Below, in pieces: positions 10,630 to 20,140 of a DNA stretch of 64,000 nt. The notes beneath the pieces were generated by a model that was not told the origin of the DNA, searched no databases, and saw only the letters and a list, made by a program, of their open reading frames with translations. Numbering within the stretch: the stretch's first letter is position 1; each line of letters starts with the position of its first letter. Source of the stretch: Patescibacteria group bacterium (lineage in GTDB: Bacteria; Patescibacteriota; Patescibacteriia; XYB2-FULL-38-15); contig JBAZJZ010000002.1 in assembly GCA_041650995.1 (NCBI GenBank), forward strand, positions 13,344-77,343, given 5' to 3'. Made by a program: the position numbers and the translations under genes.

Positions 10630-12414
10630 ATGATCAAGGTAGAAATAATTGATAGCCAGAAAAAAATAGAAGATTTCGCAAAAAAGCTCGCTCAACAAAG
10701 AGCTTTTGTTTTTAATATTGAAACAGAGGGGCAGTCCCCTTCCATTTCGAAAATTTTTGGTGTAAGTTTTTGTTTTGAAGAAGGAAAATCTTTTTACATC
10801 CCTTGCTCTAAATCAGAAATTTTAAATTTTAAATCTATTTTTGAAAATTCAAAGATTTTTAAATACGGCCATGATTTGAAACGCGGCATAGAGGTCTTAT
10901 ATGAAAAGGAAATTCAACTCGCGGCCGCGAGTTTTGACACAATGATCGCCGCTTATCTTTTAAATCCCGGCGCTAAAACCTATGAACTTTCCGATCTAAC
11001 TTCGGCGAAAGTTGGAGAAAAAATAACAACAATTGAAGAATCAATCGGTAAGGGAAAAGGGGGGAAAAATCTCGAAGAAGTGGGTCGGGAAAAAATAGCT
11101 GCCTACTCTGGTGAACGGACAGAAGCGATTTGGCGTTTGGTCAAAATTTTTAAAGAAGAGTTAAGAGAAAATAATCTTTTAAAACTTTTTGAAAATCTGG
11201 AAATGCCTTTGCTTCCGGTTTTGGCCCAAATGGAAACTGACGGAGTAAAAATTGATGCGGCAATTCTAAAGAAATATTCTAAAAAAGCAGAGAAGGAGTT
11301 ATCAAGAATTTCGGAAAAAATTTTTAAGTTAACCAAGATAAAATTTAACCTTGACTCCCCTATCCAGCTTCGGGAAGTTCTTTTCCAAAAATTAAAAATT
11401 CAGACGGCTGGACTTTCCCGCGGAAAAACCGGAATTTCCACAGCCGCTAGTGAACTGCAAAAGTTAAAGGGAGCGCATCCCGTCATTGATTTAATTTTGG
11501 AATATCGCGAATTGGCAAAATTAAATTCCACATATCTGCAAGCGCTACCAAAACTTATAAATCCCAAGACCGGTAGAATTCATACTAGCTTTAATCAAAC
11601 AATTACCGCGACCGGTCGCCTTTCTTCCTCAAACCCAAATTTACAAAATATTCCCGCCAAGGGTGAGTTGGCGGAAGCGGTCAGAAAGGCTTTTGTCGCG
11701 CCTCGCGGTTTTAAAATTCTAGCCGCAGATTATTCCCATATTGATTTGCGGGTAATTGCCTCGCTTGCTGATGACAAAAATATGATTAAATCTTTTCGGG
11801 CCGGAGCCGACATTCATCAGGAGACCGCTTCGCAGATTTGGAATGTTTCTCCGGAAAAAGTGACGCCCCAATTACGGCAGGCGGCGAAAACCATTAATTT
11901 TGGCGTAACTTATGGTATGGGCGCCCGAGCGCTCGCTTCTGGCGCCGGAATAACGATTGATGAAGCAAAACAGTTTATTGGCAAATATTTTACTGTTTAT
12001 GAAGGCGTCAGAAATTTTTTGGAAGAGACGCGCCAAAAGGCTCGCGACTTAGGATATGTGGAAACACTTTTCGGCCGCCGCCGATATTTGCCGGAAATTT
12101 ATTCCCCTGTTCCCCAGATTGCCGCCGAAGCCGAACGGATGGCTATTAATATGCCTGTCCAAGGCACGGCTGCGGATATTATGAAATTGGCAATGATTAA
12201 AATCGCCGCGGGACTGCCGAAAATTAGCCCTACCTCAAAAATGATTTTACAAGTTCATGATGAATTAGTTTTTGAAGTTGCCTCTTCTGATATAAAAAAG
12301 GTCGCGAATTTTGTTAAAGAAACTATGGCGGAGGCGGTAAAACTTAAAGTGCCGCTTACTTCTCAAATTGAAGTCGGAGAAAATTGGGGTGAGATGAAAA
12401 AATATAAAATATAA
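10630..12414 (+). CDS. polA: DNA polymerase I, 3'-5'-exo-like plus polymerase domains (Klenow-like; 5'-exo encoded separately)
   Basis: Family A motifs: DYSHIDLRVIASLADD, RQAAKTINFGVTYGMG, QVHDELVFE. Confidence 0.9.
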   Translation: MIKVEIIDSQKKIEDFAKKLAQQRAFVFNIETEGQSPSISKIFGVSFCFEEGKSFYIPCSKSEILNFKSIFENSKIFKYGHDLKRGIEVLYEKEIQLAAASFDTMIAAYLLNPGAKTYELSDLTSAKVGEKITTIEESIGKGKGGKNLEEVGREKIAAYSGERTEAIWRLVKIFKEELRENNLLKLFENLEMPLLPVLAQMETDGVKIDAAILKKYSKKAEKELSRISEKIFKLTKIKFNLDSPIQLREVLFQKLKIQTAGLSRGKTGISTAASELQKLKGAHPVIDLILEYRELAKLNSTYLQALPKLINPKTGRIHTSFNQTITATGRLSSSNPNLQNIPAKGELAEAVRKAFVAPRGFKILAADYSHIDLRVIASLADDKNMIKSFRAGADIHQETASQIWNVSPEKVTPQLRQAAKTINFGVTYGMGARALASGAGITIDEAKQFIGKYFTVYEGVRNFLEETRQKARDLGYVETLFGRRRYLPEIYSPVPQIAAEAERMAINMPVQGTAADIMKLAMIKIAAGLPKISPTSKMILQVHDELVFEVASSDIKKVANFVKETMAEAVKLKVPLTSQIEVGENWGEMKKYKI

Positions 12415-12417
12415 AGT

Positions 12418-13410
12418 ATGATTTTTTTTCTTTACGGTGAAGACAATTATCGTTCGCGCAAAAAATTGAAGCAGATTGAAGAAAAATTTAAAAAAGCCGA
12501 CAAGAGCCGCGTTAATTTTATTAGAATAGATGGAGAGAAAAATTTGTGGAAGAATATAGAAAAAGAAATTTTAGCAGCACCTTTTTTATATGATAAAAAA
12601 TTAGTAGTCGTTGAAAATTTTTTAAAAAAACGCGGCCAAAAATTTGATGAGGTAGTTGCTTTCTTAAAAGAAAAAAGAATTTCTGACGGAACGGTTGTCA
12701 TTTTTTGGGAGGATAAAAAACCCGACGAAAGAACGGCGATTTTTAAATTTTTGGCCAAGCCGAAACAGGCGGAGAGGTTTGATTTGCTCGACGCGCCAAA
12801 ATTGCGGAAATGGATTGCCGAGGCGGTGGCGGAAAAAAATTTAAAAATTGATGCACGAGCCGCGGAGGCGCTTATTGGTTTGGTCGGTTCTGACCTCTGG
12901 CAAATGAGCAGCGAACTTGATAAATTGGCTGCTTATGTTGGGCAAAGGAAAGAAAAAAATGGTCTAATCACTGTCGCAGATGTCGAGCTTTTTGTCAAAG
13001 GAAAGTTTGATGAAAATATTTTTTCTTTAACTGACGCTCTTGGTACTAAAAATAAAAGATTAGTTTTCAAAATTTTAAACGAACAAATAGAAGCCGGCCT
13101 CGGAGAGGGATATATTTTTGCGATGCTTGTGAGACAGTTCAGAATTTTATTACAAATAAAAGAATTAGTTGCCCTTGACTTCCCTTTTCTTTCCGCGGGA
13201 GATCCTGGCGTAAAACAAAAAATTTCTCTGGAACTAGGACTCCACCCATACGTTGTTCAAAAAACTCTTTACCAAATAAAAAATTTTTCTCTGCCGGAAT
13301 TAAAAAAAATATATGGTAAGTTGCTGGCCATTGACAGGAAAATGAAAAGAGGAAATTTCAATCCCCGGGCGTTCTTGGAGTTATTTATTGCCGAAGTTTG
13401 TTTAACGTAA
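12418..13410 (+). CDS. holA: DNA polymerase III delta subunit
   Basis: MIFFLYGEDNYRSRKK N-terminus and overall HolA-like length/position after polA. Confidence 0.7.
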   Translation: MIFFLYGEDNYRSRKKLKQIEEKFKKADKSRVNFIRIDGEKNLWKNIEKEILAAPFLYDKKLVVVENFLKKRGQKFDEVVAFLKEKRISDGTVVIFWEDKKPDERTAIFKFLAKPKQAERFDLLDAPKLRKWIAEAVAEKNLKIDARAAEALIGLVGSDLWQMSSELDKLAAYVGQRKEKNGLITVADVELFVKGKFDENIFSLTDALGTKNKRLVFKILNEQIEAGLGEGYIFAMLVRQFRILLQIKELVALDFPFLSAGDPGVKQKISLELGLHPYVVQKTLYQIKNFSLPELKKIYGKLLAIDRKMKRGNFNPRAFLELFIAEVCLT

Positions 13411-13462
13411 TAAAATAAATATAGAATAAAACTTTTATTTATTAGTAAATTTTAATAGCCGT

Positions 13463-13804
13463 ATGACAGTTTTTTTCTTTTTGGAGTTAGCCTTCATTGC
13501 TCTTCTAAACGCTTCGGCGCAAATTTTTATTAAAAAGGCAAGCATTATCAGTTGGTTGGAGTGGTCCACTCTTTTTAACAAAAATTTATGGTTAGGAGGG
13601 TTGCTTTATGTGGTCGGATTTTTTCTGTGGGTCAAGGCTCTAAATCAAGGTGAACTCACTTTTGTTGTTCCCTTCACTACTAGCTTGATGTACATTGCCA
13701 CGGTATTTTTTGGTTGGTATTTTTTCAAAGAGCAAATCACGGCAATTAGAATAGCGGGGATTTTCGCTATTTGTTTTGGGATGTTTTTAGTTATGAAAAA
13801 ATAG
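13463..13804 (+). CDS. Small 4-TM membrane protein, DMT/SMR (EamA/ArnE-like) superfamily
   Basis: 113 aa, four hydrophobic helices, size typical of SMR/ArnE half-transporters. Confidence 0.5.
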   Translation: MTVFFFLELAFIALLNASAQIFIKKASIISWLEWSTLFNKNLWLGGLLYVVGFFLWVKALNQGELTFVVPFTTSLMYIATVFFGWYFFKEQITAIRIAGIFAICFGMFLVMKK

Positions 13805-13824
13805 AAGTTAGTCGTAAATAATTT

Positions 13825-13856
13825 AAAACCGCCCCGAGTCATTGGGGCGGTTTTTT
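13825..13856. terminator. Bidirectional rho-independent terminator
   Basis: aaaaccgccccgagtcattggggcggtttttt; between convergent genes. Confidence 0.7.
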
Positions 13857-13868
13857 ATTTAATATTTT

Positions 13869-14138
13869 TTACTTTTTTAAGAGCGTATTAAGTTTTTTCA
13901 TGAGCCTAGATTTTTTTCTGGCTCCGGTGTTTTTTTTGATAATACCTTTCGAGATTGCTCGATCTATCTCCTTGATTGATTGTTTAATTATTTTTTGGGC
14001 TTCCTCCGCTTTTTTTGCCTCAATCAATCTGCGCCCCTCTTTAGTAGTTTTTTTTAGGATGTTTTTTATTTTTAAATTGCGAGCCATCCTTTTTTTGCTT
14101 TGTCTTAAGTCTTTAAAACTTGCTTTCTTAATCGGCAT
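13869..14138 (-). CDS. rpsT: 30S ribosomal protein S20
   Basis: MPIKKASFKDLRQSKKRMARN canonical S20 N-terminus; start taken at MPIKK inside ORF 13869..14153. Confidence 0.85.
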   Translation of the reverse strand: MPIKKASFKDLRQSKKRMARNLKIKNILKKTTKEGRRLIEAKKAEEAQKIIKQSIKEIDRAISKGIIKKNTGARKKSRLMKKLNTLLKK

Positions 14139-14270
14139 GTTCCTTTGTTTCACTCAGTCAAATTTAAAATGCAAAGTGCAAAATGTAAAATGTCTGAGAG
14201 AATATTGATTTATCAAATAATTAGTAGTGTTATTTTACCAAATGGCTATTTTTTGTCAATGCTTTACTGA

Positions 14271-15317
14271 CTACTCAATTTTAGGTTTTTCAATTAGAAG
14301 CGGCTCTATCTGACTTTCGCCACCAGCAATTTTAATAACATCTTTATCAATTTTTTTTAATTCCGTAGAAGCGGTATTATAAGCGCCAACTGTAGTGCCA
14401 AGATGATTGCCGAGTTTTATAAAATATTCATCGTAGGCATTTAAATGTTTTCCTAAATCCCCTACTCTTTTGATAATATCTTTTACCGATTCGCTGATTT
14501 TCATTCGACGCAGACCTTCGGCGAAGAGTTGGAGGTAAACATGAAAGGTGGTTGGCGAAACAATAATCACGTGCTTTTCGCGATTAGCATATTCAACGAG
14601 ATCGCGAGTGTTAATTTTTACCGCGCCAATTTGATTTACTAGAAGATCATAATAAATTGCTTCCGCAGGGATAAACATAAACGCGTATTCAACAGTCCCT
14701 TCTTCTGTCCGTACGTATTTAGCGGTTTCGTCAATTCGGTTTTTGAGATCTTGCTTGAAAAGTTTTTCTAATTTTTCTCGCTCATTTGGATCGCGTTCTT
14801 CAACAATTCTATTATAGTTTTCCAAGCTGAATTTTGAATCAATTGGGATAATCTGTTCGCCTAAAAAAATGACAGCATCAACTATTTCTCCGTCTTTAAA
14901 TTTATGCTGCATTTGATACGCGGTTGGTGGAAGAACATTTTTTAAAACTGTTTCTAAATAATATTCGCCGAGAATTCCTCGCTGTTTTGGATTTTTTAAA
15001 ATATCCTCAAGGCTCTGAAGTTGTCCGGCAAAATTCACGATTTGCTTTCCAGTCTCATCAAGTTTAGTTAATTTTTCCGTGACATCTTTAATAATTTTAC
15101 TGCTCTCGCCAAATTGGGTTTGAACGGCCCGGTGACTTTCAGTAAGTTTAGCGTCTACTGCCTTGGTTAGTTCACTGATTTGATTTTGGAGAAGGATGAG
15201 AGATTGGTCATTGCGACTCCCTTCTTTTAATTCTTTAATTTTTCGATTAAGGAAATAAAAAATAGTTGCCAGGGCGGCAATAATTATGGCGGCAGCGATA
15301 AATAAATAAATCTCCAT
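14271..15317 (-). CDS. rmuC: DNA recombination protein RmuC
   Basis: N-terminal TM, long coiled coil, C-terminal RmuC nuclease-like region (FIPAEAIYYDLL...LGNHLGTTVGAYN). Confidence 0.8.
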   Translation of the reverse strand: MEIYLFIAAAIIIAALATIFYFLNRKIKELKEGSRNDQSLILLQNQISELTKAVDAKLTESHRAVQTQFGESSKIIKDVTEKLTKLDETGKQIVNFAGQLQSLEDILKNPKQRGILGEYYLETVLKNVLPPTAYQMQHKFKDGEIVDAVIFLGEQIIPIDSKFSLENYNRIVEERDPNEREKLEKLFKQDLKNRIDETAKYVRTEEGTVEYAFMFIPAEAIYYDLLVNQIGAVKINTRDLVEYANREKHVIIVSPTTFHVYLQLFAEGLRRMKISESVKDIIKRVGDLGKHLNAYDEYFIKLGNHLGTTVGAYNTASTELKKIDKDVIKIAGGESQIEPLLIEKPKIE

Positions 15318-15534
15318 TTTGACTTTTCGTTAATTCTTTATTAAGATTATATCAGAAAATAAGCATAGTCGTAAAGAGCTTATTTTAAGAATAAGAAAAT
15401 ATTTGTAGTAATTATTATAAGATTAAGGTGAAAAAGAGGAAAAAGCGAGCATTTATATTTTACGACACTTGATTTCTTTTTATTTTAGGGAAAAATAAGA
15501 AAATATTTCTATATCTATAAAAATACTATCCCCT

Positions 15535-15606
15535 GTCCCCGTAGCTCAACGGATAGAGCAAACCCGTCCTAAGGGTGAGATGGGGGTTCAATTCCCTCCG
15601 GGGGCA
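15535..15606 (+). tRNA. tRNA-Arg (CCU), tentative (A27-G43 mismatch, G32)
   Basis: gtccccg/cgggggc acceptor, D-arm gctcaacggatagagc, loop gtcctaa, T-arm gggggttcaattccctc. Confidence 0.55.
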
Positions 15607-15643
15607 TGTAAAACGTCTTTAAGGCAAGTGTTTTTTAATTTTT

Positions 15644-15690
15644 GTGCACCTATAGTAAAGCGGTATTACGGCTGCACGGCAGCTTATCTA
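15644..15690 (+). pseudogene. Degenerate tRNA 5'-fragment (acceptor plus D-arm like tRNA-Ala at 15769)
   Basis: gtgcacctatagtaaagcggtattacggc resembles 5' part of downstream tRNA (ctcatagtaaagtggtattacgcc) but anticodon arm cannot fold. Confidence 0.4.
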
Positions 15691-15768
15691 AAATTAAATT
15701 TATAAAAAATAGGCATTTATTTTAAATATTTAACGTTTTTTTAAAAAATCAATGATTTGGGTGGACCT

Positions 15769-15839
15769 GGGCTCATAGTAAAGTGGTATTACGCCGCATT
15801 CGCATTGCGGAGGCGGGAGTTCGATTCTCCCTGGGTCCA
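15769..15839 (+). tRNA. tRNA-Ala (CGC)
   Basis: gggctca/tgggtcc acceptor with G3-U70 and A73 (Ala identity), D-arm gtaa-agtggta-ttac, anticodon stem ccgca/tgcgg with loop ttcgcat, T-arm gggagttcgattctccc. Confidence 0.6.
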
Positions 15840-15860
15840 CCTAAATTATTGATACTGGCT

Positions 15861-15895
15861 ATTGCGGAGGCGGGAGTTCGATTCTCCCTGGGGTA
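15861..15895 (+). repeat. Direct repeat: duplicated 3' half of tRNA-Ala(CGC) (attgcggaggcgggagttcgattctccctggg)
   Basis: 33/34 nt identical to 15804-15836, 22 nt downstream of the intact tRNA. Confidence 0.7.
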
Positions 15896-16133
15896 AATCT
15901 CCTTGGAGCGATTTAGGGAAAATAGCCAAAGATTTCTGAAATCTTAACAAAAGCAGAAGAAGGGGATTAGCTTGGAAGAAGAAAATGTTTTTTGGAGAGA
16001 TGAAATGGAATTTCCTGATGGTAGAAACGAACAAGTAGATATAAAGATTTGGAAAAGAAAATTTAGTTCAGGGCAAGCTTCAATAGATTTATGGATCTGG
16101 CCAAAAGCAAAAAAATATTATCAAAAAAACGAA

Positions 16134-16162
16134 AAAACGCCCTAAAATAAAGGGCGTTTTTT
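16134..16162 (+). terminator. Rho-independent terminator
   Basis: aaacgccctaaaataaagggcgtttttt. Confidence 0.55.
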
Positions 16163-16206
16163 AAAAATGTTTCACGCTAAACATTTTGTTGCCCGGTGAA
16201 ACACTT

Positions 16207-16555
16207 TTAGAGAAACCCATATAACCAGTTTTCTTCTCGCTGTTCAAATTTTTTCTTCCAATCTTCAAATTGAATTTTTTTCATGCCAAAAAGACGGCCT
16301 TCAAGCAATGGGATAATTTTTTCATTTATCGTTTTTCTTTTTCTAACCAAAAGTAGGGCATAATGACGATTTTGATGATTATAGATATGTATTGTTTTCC
16401 TTTAAATTTAATCCATCACGAACCATTTTAACCAGATCTTTATCCGAGGCGTGCATTTTTAATTGGAAAACGGGAACTTCTTGATTATTTTGTTTTACCC
16501 ACATAAAAGAACCCTCTCCAACAATTAGACCAGCAATAAAATCGAGTGAAAGCAT
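16207..16555 (-). pseudogene. Frameshifted LAGLIDADG homing endonuclease gene
   Basis: Hand translation of minus strand: MLSLDFIAGLIVGEGSFMWVKQNNQEVPVFQLKMHASDKDLVKMVRDGLNLKENNTYL then stop. The +1 frame continues ...RHYALLLVRKRKTINEKIIPLLEGRLFGMKKIQFEDWKKKFEQ. DFIAGLIVGEGSF is a classic LAGLIDADG dodecapeptide. Confidence 0.55.
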
Positions 16556-16807
16556 AATTCATTAAAAATTAATTTATTATGTTTTTTAATTTTATCATAA
16601 AATGAGTGACGGAAATTAATTTTTGTGGATAACTGCTGAGAAATTTATTGGTGTAGGAGGAAATAGACGAGTATTGGTGTTGTAAGGATGGGGTGATCCC
16701 CGAGGGACGCAGTAGTTAGTATGATTAAAAAGTAAATAATAATCTTAACATTGTGTATATATTAATTTACACATATCCCTTGAACTAAAATTTGTTCACA
16801 TTTGTAA

Positions 16808-16836
16808 TTGACTTTTTTAAAAAATAATGGTATAAT
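16808..16836 (+). promoter_or_regulatory. Consensus sigma70-like promoter TTGACT-17-TATAAT, about 240 nt upstream of surface-protein cluster
   Basis: ttgacttttttaaaaaataatggtataat. Confidence 0.5.
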
Positions 16837-17075
16837 AATAATGTAAATAAGATAATTAATTTAGAAAAGCAACCCGGTTCTTTTATCTATATAATTATCT
16901 AAACAATTTAATATTAAGGGAAGTAGAGATTAAGGTTTCTTTCCCAATTAGTACCTAAGTACCCTTGCCCCACGCCAATTTGTGTGGGAGGTGTACTTTG
17001 TGCCCTCAGAAGGTACTTGTACCCTTGGAACAGAAATTTTAGTCTTAGGCTTTACCTTGAAATAGGTGATCGACG

Positions 17076-17759
17076 TTGTTTATGAAAAAAATTTTCATAA
17101 AAGTCATTATAATCACTCTTGTTTTTATTTCTCTTGTTGCTTTTTGGAGAGCGCCTCTTAGCTTGGCATTAATGAATTCTGAAAGTTACATTAACTGGAT
17201 GGATTCTCTAAATTTTGGCGGAGAAGAAACTTCCTTTTCGGCAAGTTATAAAATTCAAGATACCTTGGGGGAAATTGGCACAGGAAAAATAACAAGTACT
17301 AGCTACGCTGGCTTAATAGGGTTTCGTCAGGCAGAAGCAGACCCCAAAATGACTTTTGATATTTCTAAAACTTCAATTGATTTTGGTACGTTGACCACAA
17401 ACGCCGTTTCTTCAGATAGCATCACTATCACAACTACAACTAATGCTGTGAATGGATATGTCACAACAATTCATGAGGAAGAAAATTTAAAAACTGTAGG
17501 CGGGGCGGATATTGATGATGTGGCAGACGGAACAGTTTCTCCCGGCGCAGAAGAATATGGGGTTAGAACGTCTGGCGCGGCGGGACAGATGAACGGAGCA
17601 GACACGGCTATTACAATTTCTCCACAAGCAGTCGCATTATATAGCAGTTGGGTAAATGGAAGCACAGTGACAGTTACTTTTAAAGCAGCAATTTCCTCGA
17701 TGACAGCGGCCGGAGCCTATGCCCATTCAGTCACATTGATTTCCACAGGAAGATTTTAA
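17076..17759 (+). CDS. Secreted protein, family A (paralogue of 17816 C-terminal region)
   Basis: Signal peptide; shares ...TTTNAVNGY(V/T)TT... and C-terminal ...ISTG(R/T)F with next ORF. Confidence 0.65.
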   Translation: MFMKKIFIKVIIITLVFISLVAFWRAPLSLALMNSESYINWMDSLNFGGEETSFSASYKIQDTLGEIGTGKITSTSYAGLIGFRQAEADPKMTFDISKTSIDFGTLTTNAVSSDSITITTTTNAVNGYVTTIHEEENLKTVGGADIDDVADGTVSPGAEEYGVRTSGAAGQMNGADTAITISPQAVALYSSWVNGSTVTVTFKAAISSMTAAGAYAHSVTLISTGRF

Positions 17760-17815
17760 AAAATTATTTATAAAAAAGTTATTTATTAACGATCTGTTCA
17801 GCAGATCCTAAAAAT

Positions 17816-18901
17816 ATGAAGAACAGAAGTGTCCATAAAAAAATTGTTCAAATCACCGCGGTGAGTATGATTTTGTTCGCCGCTTTTCCGCTTTTGTCAG
17901 TGCATGCCGCGGCTATGACGAGTATCACGGACACACTGACTCGTCTAAAAGCCAGTACGGCTGCAAATCATACTATTAAGTTTGTTCAACTTACTGGCGT
18001 AGGGGCTGGACAAAAAATAAAAGTCACTTTTCCCACGGGGTTTGCCATGGGTTCAGTAGATTACACGGATGTGGATTTGGCTGTGGGTGACAGTAACAAT
18101 TGCTCCACGGCATCCTTTACGGACAAAACTTTAGCAGCGGCAGCTTCGGGGGCAACTTGGGGCGCGACTGTTGGCGGGCAAGTTCTCACTTTTGTTTCTG
18201 ACTCGGATACAATTACTGCCGATAGATGCGTTTTGATTGAAGTGGGAACCAACGCGACGGCAGGAGAAGCCGGCGATCAACAAGTGACAAACTCCACGGC
18301 CGGGAACGATAAGCTAATGACTTTAGCCACAACTACGGCAGCCGACGCAGAGATTGATGCAGGCTCTTTGGCTCTCTCAATAATTTCAGATGATCAAGTA
18401 ACAGTAACAGCCACAGTTAACGCGACTTTTACTTTTGAAATTTCTTCCAACTCTTGCGCCCTGGGGACTCTTTCAACCGCAAATGTCCAGACTTGCAGCG
18501 TAACTTTGACTACAAGCACTAATGCTGTTGGCGGCTACACCACCACAGTAGTAGGAACAGCTACGGGCGCTGAATTGATTCACTCTAATTTAACAGATAA
18601 TATTGATAATGCCACCGGCATAGAGGTTAACGCTGGTTCAGAAGAATTTGGAATTGGCACGAGTGATACGGGTGTTGACATAGTTACTGAATCAGATTGT
18701 GCTGGAGCTGACGGCACTATCGTGGCAGACGCGGAATCAATTGATACAATCGGAGACAATACGCCAGCTTCGATGGCAACGGCTTCTGGTCCGGTTTCCT
18801 CTGACGCGACAACAGCATGTTTTGCCGCGTCTATCGCGGCAACAACCGTTGCCGGTTCTTATACGGCCACAACGACATTTATTTCCACCGGAACCTTTTA
18901 A
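17816..18901 (+). CDS. Secreted protein, family A/B (N-terminal domain paralogous to 20141 ORF)
   Basis: Signal peptide; N-terminal DTLTRLKASTAANHTIKF...VTFPTGF matches DTLSRLKISTAANHDIRF...ITFPAGF of ORF 20141; Thr/Ala-rich. Confidence 0.65.
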   Translation: MKNRSVHKKIVQITAVSMILFAAFPLLSVHAAAMTSITDTLTRLKASTAANHTIKFVQLTGVGAGQKIKVTFPTGFAMGSVDYTDVDLAVGDSNNCSTASFTDKTLAAAASGATWGATVGGQVLTFVSDSDTITADRCVLIEVGTNATAGEAGDQQVTNSTAGNDKLMTLATTTAADAEIDAGSLALSIISDDQVTVTATVNATFTFEISSNSCALGTLSTANVQTCSVTLTTSTNAVGGYTTTVVGTATGAELIHSNLTDNIDNATGIEVNAGSEEFGIGTSDTGVDIVTESDCAGADGTIVADAESIDTIGDNTPASMATASGPVSSDATTACFAASIAATTVAGSYTATTTFISTGTF

Positions 18902-18970
18902 CTTTAAATTATTTTTTAAAATAACAAACAAGTCGCGATAATTTTATTCTCGACCTGTTAGGGGGAAGAT

Positions 18971-19975
18971 ATGAAAAAAATTTTTTTCGTGAGTTCGCTT
19001 GCCGCTTTAATTTTTGCGTTAGCGCCGATTTCCGTATCTGCCATAACGGTTTCCCCGCCAATCATTGAATTTGACGCGCGGCCAGGAGACACGATTGTTG
19101 ACACCATTAAATTGTATAACGAAACAAGGGAAGCGCAGACTTTGACTGGCGCAGTACAAAGTTTTAAGGCGTTGAATGAAACTGGAGCGCCAGCCTTTCT
19201 TCCTCCTGAAGAATCGACTGATTTGGCGACTTGGCTAAAGCTTGATGAATCTACGGTTTCCTTGGCGGCCGATGAAAGAAAAGATATTTTATTTAGCATC
19301 GCCGTTCCCCTCAATGCGGAACCTGGTGGCCACTACGCCGGAATTCTTTGGACACCGGGCGGCTCGACCACGCTTCAAGGAAGCGGCGTTGGCGTTACCA
19401 TTAAAACCGGAACATTAATTTTAGTCAGAGTCGCGGGGGACATTACTGAGACGGGCAGATTAGTCAGTTTCACGGCAGACAGATCCTCTTATAATTATTT
19501 GCCCGCGAATTTTTCTTTTCGTTTTGAAAATTTGGGCAATGTTCACTTAAAACCAGTCGGCGCGATTGAAATTAGTAATTTATTGGGGAGAAAAGTTACA
19601 TCTCTTCCGGTGAACGGAGATTTATCAAATGTCCTTCCAGAGTCAATTAGAAAATTTGACGCGACTTGGCAGAAAACAGAAGTTCCTCGCGGCGCGTCCG
19701 AGTGGCAAAAAGAAAGAGAAAATTTTGCTTGGGGTAAATATACAGCAACTCTCATTTTGGATTACGGGATAGACGGACAAGAAACCACGGCATCGCTTGT
19801 CTTTTGGGTTTTTCCATGGCGCGTAACACTTTTCTATCTGGCCATAGCTCTGATCATTATTCTTCTCGTTGTTTTAGGCATCAAAAGTTATAATAAGTGG
19901 CTTATCAAAAAATATAGCCAGCAAAATAAACCAGAAGATAATCAGAAAATTGAAGATCAAAAAATTGAAGAGTAA
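18971..19975 (+). CDS. Membrane-anchored surface protein (signal peptide plus C-terminal TM anchor; DUF916-like architecture)
   Basis: N-terminal signal, C-terminal hydrophobic helix LFYLAIALIIILLVVLGI followed by charged tail. Confidence 0.55.
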   Translation: MKKIFFVSSLAALIFALAPISVSAITVSPPIIEFDARPGDTIVDTIKLYNETREAQTLTGAVQSFKALNETGAPAFLPPEESTDLATWLKLDESTVSLAADERKDILFSIAVPLNAEPGGHYAGILWTPGGSTTLQGSGVGVTIKTGTLILVRVAGDITETGRLVSFTADRSSYNYLPANFSFRFENLGNVHLKPVGAIEISNLLGRKVTSLPVNGDLSNVLPESIRKFDATWQKTEVPRGASEWQKERENFAWGKYTATLILDYGIDGQETTASLVFWVFPWRVTLFYLAIALIIILLVVLGIKSYNKWLIKKYSQQNKPEDNQKIEDQKIEE

Positions 19976-20140
19976 TTCAATTATTTCATTGATGTCCTCT
20001 GATTTTTCGGAGGACAAAACGAGTTCGTTGAATTTTCAAAAAACAAAAAACAAAAATCAAAAGTCAAAATTTGAATTTTAAAGTTTCACTTTTAATTTTT
20101 TGACGTTTGTCTTTTGAGTTTTGAATCTAGAAGGAGGCGC

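Noticed and set aside
15971-16144. 57-aa TTG-initiated small ORF (LEEENVFWRDEMEFPDGRNEQVDIKIWKRKF...) before terminator 16134-16162
   Set aside because: No recognisable family. The TTG start and position inside a degraded region make it uncertain, so it is mentioned only as context for the tRNA/LAGLIDADG scar.
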